Of a DNA stretch of 64,000 nucleotides, positions 60,701 to 64,000 are shown piece by piece. The stretch comes from Haliotis cracherodii. Taxonomy: Eukaryota. Location of the stretch: contig NW_027266297.1 in assembly GCF_022045235.1 (NCBI RefSeq), positions 682,001 through 746,000 of the forward strand, read 5' to 3'. Under the pieces are notes generated by a model. It worked only from the letters and a program-made list of their open reading frames with translations, searched no databases and was not told where the DNA came from. A program made the position numbers and the translations under genes. Within the stretch, counting starts at the first letter, position 1; the number at the start of each line of letters is the position of its first letter.

Positions 60701-61292
60701 GTTTCTGACAGATGTGATTAGCATTAATAACATGAATTTACTGGTTATGTTTTTAAAGGCTTCTATAAGGAAAGAAACATGTCCCCCGCCCGTCCCCCCG
60801 CCCGCCCTGTCGACTCACTTGAGGTAGATCATCTTGGCGAGTTCCAACATCTCCCAGGCCAGCTGTAGGTTGGACACATCGTCACTATCTTCCTGCACAC
60901 AGAGAAAACACAGGCGTAAACAACAGATTCTGTCTGACAAGCAAACAATACAGGACAAGCATGTACATTCGCTGTGCACCTCAGTCTCAATCTCTCCCCC
61001 TCCCTGGACGATATTACCCTCCTCTTCCCTGGACGACATCGCCTCTCCCCCTCCCTGGACGACATCGCCTCTCCCCCTCCCTGGACGACATCGCCTCTCC
61101 CCCTCCCAGGACGACATCGCCTCTCCCCCTCCCTGGACGACATTACCTCTCCCTCCTTTGGCTCACTGGTTCCTTCAGCCCCCTCTCCCTCTGCTGTCTC
61201 TTCACCTTCCTCCTCCTCTTCTTCCTCCTCCTCCTCCTCTTCACCATCTTTAGTTTCTTTGTCATCCTTGGTTGCCGAGGATTCACCAGTTT
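51671..61292 (-). CDS. NASP: Nuclear autoantigenic sperm protein (histone chaperone, SHNi-TPR family); last 12 coding exons, 5' part not found in window
   Basis: Exons 61292-61147, 60892-60819, 59996-59923, 58574-58484, 57245-57148, 56825-56778, 55874-55789, 55181-55098, 54506-54468, 53138-53091, 52766-52644 and 51724-51671 are phase-consistent. An acidic tract is followed by NLQLAWEMLELAK, AYLKLGEVSLETEQYEQA, DRLLAESHYQLGLAF, KEISELKEILPDIASKIEDA and DISHLIRRKRKP, then stop TGA. Confidence 0.93.
51817..51958. repeat. 20-bp tandem repeat, ~7 copies
   Basis: Unit CAAGCATACGTTGCTGACTA. Confidence 0.93.
52085..52662 (-). repeat. 53-bp minisatellite of duplicated NASP donor junctions, ~11 copies
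   Basis: - strand unit TGATGCCAACAGTA(TG/CA)GAG|GTACGCTGATTGTAGGGGTGTGTGGGGTGGTTGT. Confidence 0.95.
52644..52766 (-). CDS. NASP: NASP exon (RKPDEDADDPESKKSRQE...NSTE)
   Basis: TTTCAAG| and GAG|GTATGC boundaries; 123 nt. Confidence 0.9.
53091..53138 (-). CDS. NASP: NASP exon (IEVKKASDISHLIRRK)
   Basis: GTTCCAG| and AAG|GTAGGT boundaries; conserved DISHL motif. Confidence 0.92.
53140..53541. repeat. 17-bp minisatellite abutting a NASP acceptor, ~23 copies
   Basis: Unit GAACAACATGAGACGTG. Confidence 0.95.
53657..54008. repeat. ~41-49-bp minisatellite
   Basis: Core CACTCACACCCATGTGTGGAGTTGCCAGC. Confidence 0.9.
54183..54329 (-). mobile_element. Repeat family A, 5'-truncated copy
   Basis: CACTCAGCAATATTCCAGCTATATGA...CATCAACCAA. 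Confidence 0.75.
54468..54506 (-). CDS. NASP: NASP 39-nt exon (FTSTSETTTAATP)
   Basis: CTTGCTTCAG| and CCG|GTGAGT boundaries; phase 0-0. Confidence 0.7.
55098..55181 (-). CDS. NASP: NASP exon (IEDAEEEKKNLEQLKTMTKEIVGGTLTT)
   Basis: TTTGCAG| and ACA|GTGAGT boundaries. Confidence 0.88.
55356..55605 (-). mobile_element. Repeat family A, full-length copy
   Basis: TTGTTTAACGCCGCACTCAGC...GGATCTTCACGGGTC. Confidence 0.82.
55789..55874 (-). CDS. NASP: NASP exon (LSSSDDPVTQATKEISELKEILPDIASK)
   Basis: TTTTCAG| and AAG|GTAAAC boundaries. Confidence 0.92.
55915..56073 (-). mobile_element. SINE family B copy
   Basis: Reverse complement of the 32907 copy. Confidence 0.8.
56778..56825 (-). CDS. NASP: NASP exon (HLEKVIEEQSKGKGK)
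   Basis: TTTTTCCAG| and G|GTAAGC boundaries. Confidence 0.85.
57148..57245 (-). CDS. NASP: NASP exon (HYQLGLAFGFDKKYEESVEHYRAAIKVIEEKI)
   Basis: Conserved TPR motif; U12-type acceptor upstream and G|GTGAGT donor. Confidence 0.92.
57265..57375. repeat. 27-bp tandem repeat (4 copies) abutting the U12 branch site
   Basis: Unit ACAGCTCACCAGCACCAGGGACACTAA. Confidence 0.93.
57420..57841 (-). mobile_element. Repeat family A copy whose head is amplified as a 35-bp tandem array (~57639-57841)
   Basis: Unit GCATGGGTTGCTGAAGACCTATTCTACCCTGGCAA, ~6 copies. Confidence 0.85.
58484..58574 (-). CDS. NASP: NASP exon (QYEQATEDFKACLEIQKKHLEATDRLLAE)
   Basis: GTTTCAG| acceptor; ends at the GTATCCTT donor. 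Confidence 0.93.
58773..58992 (-). repeat. 78-bp tandem near-trimer of a tRNA-like SINE head
   Basis: - strand unit has TGGTCTAGTCGG (A-box-like), GCCCAGAGAGCGGAAAGGCCTGGGGTTTGATCCC (B-box-like), similar to the SINE head at 1771-1810. Confidence 0.8.
59073..59225 (-). mobile_element. SINE family B copy
   Basis: Reverse complement of the 32907 copy. Confidence 0.8.
59322..59922. repeat. 40-bp minisatellite (15 copies) starting exactly at a NASP donor GT
   Basis: - strand unit GTACCTAGTTCTACAGACACGCCATGGATGTCACACCATT. Confidence 0.96.
59923..59996 (-). CDS. NASP: NASP exon (ETTKEAQLKAAQAYLKLGEVSLET)
   Basis: CTCTTCAG| and CAG|GTACCT boundaries. Confidence 0.93.
60304..60645. mobile_element. 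Putative MITE (TTAA-flanked, Kolobok-like termini)
   Basis: TTAAGGCTAAAAAAATA...GGTTCT versus AGAACC...TATTTTTTTAAGCCTAA. Confidence 0.4.
60819..60892 (-). CDS. NASP: NASP exon (EDSDDVSNLQLAWEMLELAKMIYL)
   Basis: GTGCAG| and AA|GTGAGT boundaries; hallmark LAWE motif. Confidence 0.95.
60990..61157 (-). repeat. 26-bp repeat derived from a NASP donor junction
   Basis: Real junction GGGAGAG|GTAATGTCGTCCAGGG; copies read GGGAGAG-GCGATGTCGTCCAGGG. Confidence 0.9.
61147..61292 (-). CDS. NASP: NASP acidic exon (TGESSATKDDKETKDGEEEEEEEEEEEEGEE...KEGE)
   Basis: TTTGTTTGAAG| and GAG|GTAATG boundaries; poly-Glu histone-binding tract. Confidence 0.85.
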
Positions 61293-61619
61293 CTTCAAAC
61301 AAAACGACAAATTTAAAAAACTTCTACAAGAGCACCCATAAAAACATTTGACCTGTCCAGGGGTGTACTCAATTTATTGAAGCCATTTGAGGATTATTAT
61401 CAAACAGTTTGATGGCATTGGAGAGAACTAATTCCTGACTCCGAGAACGTAAGAATCAGAGCGCGTGCAGCTCATACATGCATGACATTGATCCAGGTCA
61501 TCCTCCATTTAAAGGAGAAAATAAATTCCACAATGTAGCGGTGGACAGTTTGTATAATTAACTTGAGGGTGGAGTGAGTAGGGCCGAGTGCTGCATTGGA
61601 CTTTCAAAGCTGTATTGTA

Positions 61620-62198
61620 CGAGGGGCGTTCAATAAGTTTTGCGACTTGGGCATTTGTGTTTACACAAACAATGTCAACCCAACTTGTGGCAGGTGTGAC
61701 ACTAGTCATAACATCAGGCTGACATGTGTCATAACAAGTTCCAGACACAACAATAAGTCAGATGTGATGGCTTCATTCACCAAAGGATCACAGTCATGGA
61801 TTCTCTCAAACATGAACAATGCGCTGTAATAAAGTTTCTTACGAAGGATGCAAAGCCAAAGAAATCCATCATCACATGTGTAAAGTGATGGTAAGGACAG
61901 TTAAATCACCTTCCCTACAGCCCCGACTTAGCCCCCAGTGACTATTGCCTGTTCCAGCGAATGAAATCTGCCCTTCGTGGAAGACGCTTCCAGGATGATG
62001 AGGACATAAAGGCTGCCACAGAGGCGTGGTTAGAGGGCCAATGAGCGAAATTTATATAAAAGTGGTATTAAAAGCTTGAAGGACAAATGGAATAAGCGTA
62101 TTGAATTGAATGGAGATTACACTGAAAAATAAAAATGCAAAAGATATTCTGCTACTTGGTCATATATTGAAGTTGCAAAACTTATTGAACGCCCCTCG
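61620..62198 (+). mobile_element. Internally deleted mariner element
   Basis: TIRs CGAGGGGCGTTCAATAAGTTTTGC / GCAAAACTTATTGAACGCCCCTCG with TA TSDs; degenerate YSPDLAPSDY and KWNKRIELNGDYTEK*. Confidence 0.9.
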
Positions 62199-62280
62199 TA
62201 AGTAAAGATGGCTGTAATTGCAGCCATTTTTAATTTATCAACATGGAAAAAGACTGTTGCAGCAAGGGACACACTACAGT

Positions 62281-63192
62281 GGACATACGTACATGTAGCC
62301 GAGGACATACGTACATGTGGCAGAGGACATACGTACATGTAGCCGAGGACATACGTACATGTGGCAGAGGACATACGTACATGTAGCAGAGGACATACGT
62401 ACATGTGGCAGAGGACATACGTACATGTAGCAGAGGACATACGTACATGTGGCAGAGGACATACGTACATGTAGCCGAGGACATACGTACATGTGGCAGA
62501 GGACATACGTACATGTGGCAGAGGACATACGTACATGTGGCAGAGGACATACGTACATGTAGCCGAGGACATACGTAAATGTGGCAGAGGACATACGTAC
62601 ATGTAGCAGAGGACATACGTACATGTGGCAGAGGACATACGTACATGTGGCAGAGGACATACGTACATGTGGCAGAGGACATACTTACATGTGGCAGAGG
62701 ACATACTTACATGTGGCAGAGGACATACGTACATGTGGCAGAGGACATGCGTACATGTGGCTGAGGACATACGTACATGTGGCAGAGGACATACGTACAT
62801 GTGGCAGAGGACATACGTACATGTGGCAGAGGACATACGTACATGTGGCAGAGGACATACGTACATGTGGCAGAGGACATACGTACATGTAGCAGAGGAC
62901 ATACGTACATGTGCCAGAGGACATACTTACATGTAGCAGAGGACATACATGTACTTACATGTGGCCGAGGACATACGTACATGTGGCCGAGGACATACGT
63001 ACATGTGGCCGAGGACATACGTACATGTGGCCGAGGACATACGTACATGTGGCAGAGGACATACATACATGTGGCAGAGGACATACGTACATGTGGTTGA
63101 GGACATACGTACATGTGGCTGAGGGCATACGTACATGTGGCTGAGGACATACGTACATGTGGCTGAGGGCATACGTACATGTGGCTGAGGAC
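62281..63192. repeat. 22-bp minisatellite, ~41 copies
   Basis: Unit GGACATACGTACATGTGGCAGA. Confidence 0.97.
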
Positions 63193-63768
63193 AGGACCTG
63201 GTTTTGGCCTTCAGCCATACTCACGGATGAACAACCAGATCGAGGTTCCATACGGTATTAATGCAACTACTTTTCCCCATTCTTACATGCACATAAATGT
63301 TAAAATAATGTCAGCAATTGTGTCAAACTTGTCCCACATTCTTCTAACATATAGAGAATCTCACCCCTCGTGTCTTTTGATATCAAATATATCAACGACA
63401 TGATGGTGAGATTGTATTTATCAACCAACATCATTCTTCCAACTTTTTCTCTTAAGTGTAAATAAAAAGTACTGCTTACAGCTTCAGTAGCAGAGCCATT
63501 GGTGATGTCATTTGATTGCGACCTCATGGTAACCAATGACATCAAAATGATCTGCAAAGCATTGTGATGCAAGTTCATTACAGCGATATCTACAGTGTAG
63601 ATATCGCTTGATCTCACTCCAGCGATATCTCCTGTGGGAGCCAGTTTTGGATGATAAATTTTATTTGCAAGAAAATGTGTTACCCTATAACTCTTCTGCT
63701 AGTAAACAAACATGGTTAGTTGGAGTGGAATGTGAAAAGACAAGCAGCATGCCGGTGCAGGGTGTAAC

Positions 63769-63958
63769 CAATGAAGTCCTGTACAAGAACAATGAAGTGC
63801 TGTACAAGAACAATGAAGTCCTGTACAAGAACAATGAAGTCCTGTACAAGAACAATGAAGTCCTGTACAAGAACAATGAAGTGCTGTATAAGAACAATGA
63901 AGTGCTGTACAAGAACAATGAAGTGCTGTACAAGAACAATGAAGTGCTGTACAAGAAC
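63769..63958. repeat. 21-bp minisatellite, 9 copies
   Basis: Unit CAATGAAGTGCTGTACAAGAA. Confidence 0.95.
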
Positions 63959-64000
63959 GCTGTCAGTGTGTTGTGTCATCAAATAAAATAACAAGGTTAG

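Noticed and set aside
63480-63551. Possible upstream NASP exon (IILMSLVTMRSQSNDITNGSATEA)
   Set aside because: Its only open frame is phase 0-0, incompatible with the phase-1 start of the 61292 exon, and it does not resemble NASP.

Overview
Eukaryotic (metazoan) genomic DNA; the repeat landscape suggests a mollusc, possibly a gastropod such as abalone (inference). It holds two convergent multi-exon genes. AGBL5/CCP5 (cytosolic carboxypeptidase 5, tubulin deglutamylase; + strand) has 13 confident coding exons at 10416-26989 and 3 tentative terminal exons to 45254. NASP (histone H3-H4 chaperone, SHNi-TPR family; - strand) contributes its last 12 coding exons at 61292-51671; its 5' part appears to lie beyond the window. 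The left edge carries an uninterrupted Polinton/Maverick-type integrase ORF that the ORF track missed. Also present are Tc1/mariner remnants, MITEs, a HINE-like element and three SINE-like families. About 28 kb (~44%, hand estimate) consists of >30 unrelated minisatellites with 17-103 bp units; nearly all long ORFs in the track are artefacts of these. Main observations: (1) many minisatellites are amplified copies of the genes' own splice junctions, most strikingly 41 in-frame, stop-free copies of the acceptor of the AGBL5 catalytic exon; (2) NASP contains a textbook U12 minor-spliceosome intron; (3) the commonest dispersed repeat has a fixed, non-tRNA 5' head that folds by hand into a pseudoknotted, possibly ribozyme-like RNA. 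Exon boundaries were read by hand and phase-checked; repeat boundaries and copy numbers are approximate.
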